NCBI GenBank assembly: GCA_964016885.1
Contig: OZ024758.1
Location: 6,758,001 to 6,822,000, forward strand
Direction: 5' to 3'
Length of the DNA: 64,000 nucleotides
From: Eledone cirrhosa
Lineage: Eukaryota
Of the stretch, positions 63,352-64,000 are shown piece by piece. The first letter of the stretch is position 1. Every line of letters starts with the position of its first letter. Both the position numbers and the translations under genes were made by a program. A model generated the notes under the pieces. It was not told the origin of the DNA. It did not search any database and saw only the letters and a program-made list of their open reading frames with translations.

Positions 63352-63859
63352 CTGAAATATGGTAGAAACAAGACAGCATTTACACTTATTAATATTTAAA
63401 GTGTACATAGCACTAATTTGAGATCTTAGTAACTCTTTTGATACCAAACAGACTGAAACTGCCCTGGTTCTAGAAAAATTAAGAATGTTTGTTTTAAAGT
63501 TTTTATATTTATATGAAAACCTTCCATCATAATTCTATGAAAGAACTTTTGCTAAGTGAACTTCCAAACATCATCGTAAAAATGGAATAGTTATGTATAT
63601 AACTAAATCCCTTCAAATTCTTGATGAAAAGTATTTATATAATAATATTTGAACAAAAGTTCTTAAATTTTTTATTAAATAAATTATATATATAAATAAA
63701 TAACATTACAAATTGCTCACAATCCTTTCAGAATAACATTACAAATATAATGTTCTCGATAAATACAAATATAAACACTTATAACAAATTCAATTAACCA
63801 TTGCTAAGTACCTCATGTCATTTATTAGAAATATGGCAATGAACGGGTGAACTAAATTA

Positions 63860-64000
63860 TTATTTTAATGGACAGAGATATCGTTATGCTAGCAGGGGAC
63901 TTCAATGGTCATGATGGACAGCTCCAGGATGGATACACTGGGGTACATGGTGGGCATGGTTATGGCTCAAGAAATGAAGAAGGAGTGAGGCTTCTTGAAT
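63860..64000 (+). mobile_element. RTE-clade LINE APE endonuclease fragment
   Basis: IVMLAGDFNGH...VHGGHGYGSRNEEGVRLLE. Confidence 0.72.

Overview
AT-rich, repeat-dense eukaryotic DNA. The SINE/LINE/microsatellite content resembles octopod cephalopods (inference only). The whole window lies within one minus-strand gene for an axonemal outer-arm dynein beta-type heavy chain (DNAH9/11/17 clade). I traced 47 exons from 63351 to the TGA at 1729 by hand. They total 11,476 coding nt (about 3,824 aa) and splice in frame at every junction; one intron is GC-AG, and the 5' end lies beyond the window. The introns hold tRNA-derived SINEs, RTE/CR1/CRE LINE fragments, piggyBac-, hAT-, mariner-, Tigger- and Tc2-like MITEs, two Helitron-like copies and many minisatellites. 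Most notable non-coding signals: (1) long inverted repeats carrying minimal type I hammerhead-ribozyme cores of the Penelope-like kind, one intact in the pre-mRNA sense; (2) minisatellites repeatedly amplified from inside transposons whose unexpanded copies are in the same window; (3) a minisatellite that duplicates a dynein 5' splice site; (4) a fold-back tRNA-Ala-like unit. Exon boundaries were read base by base; repeat boundaries are approximate.
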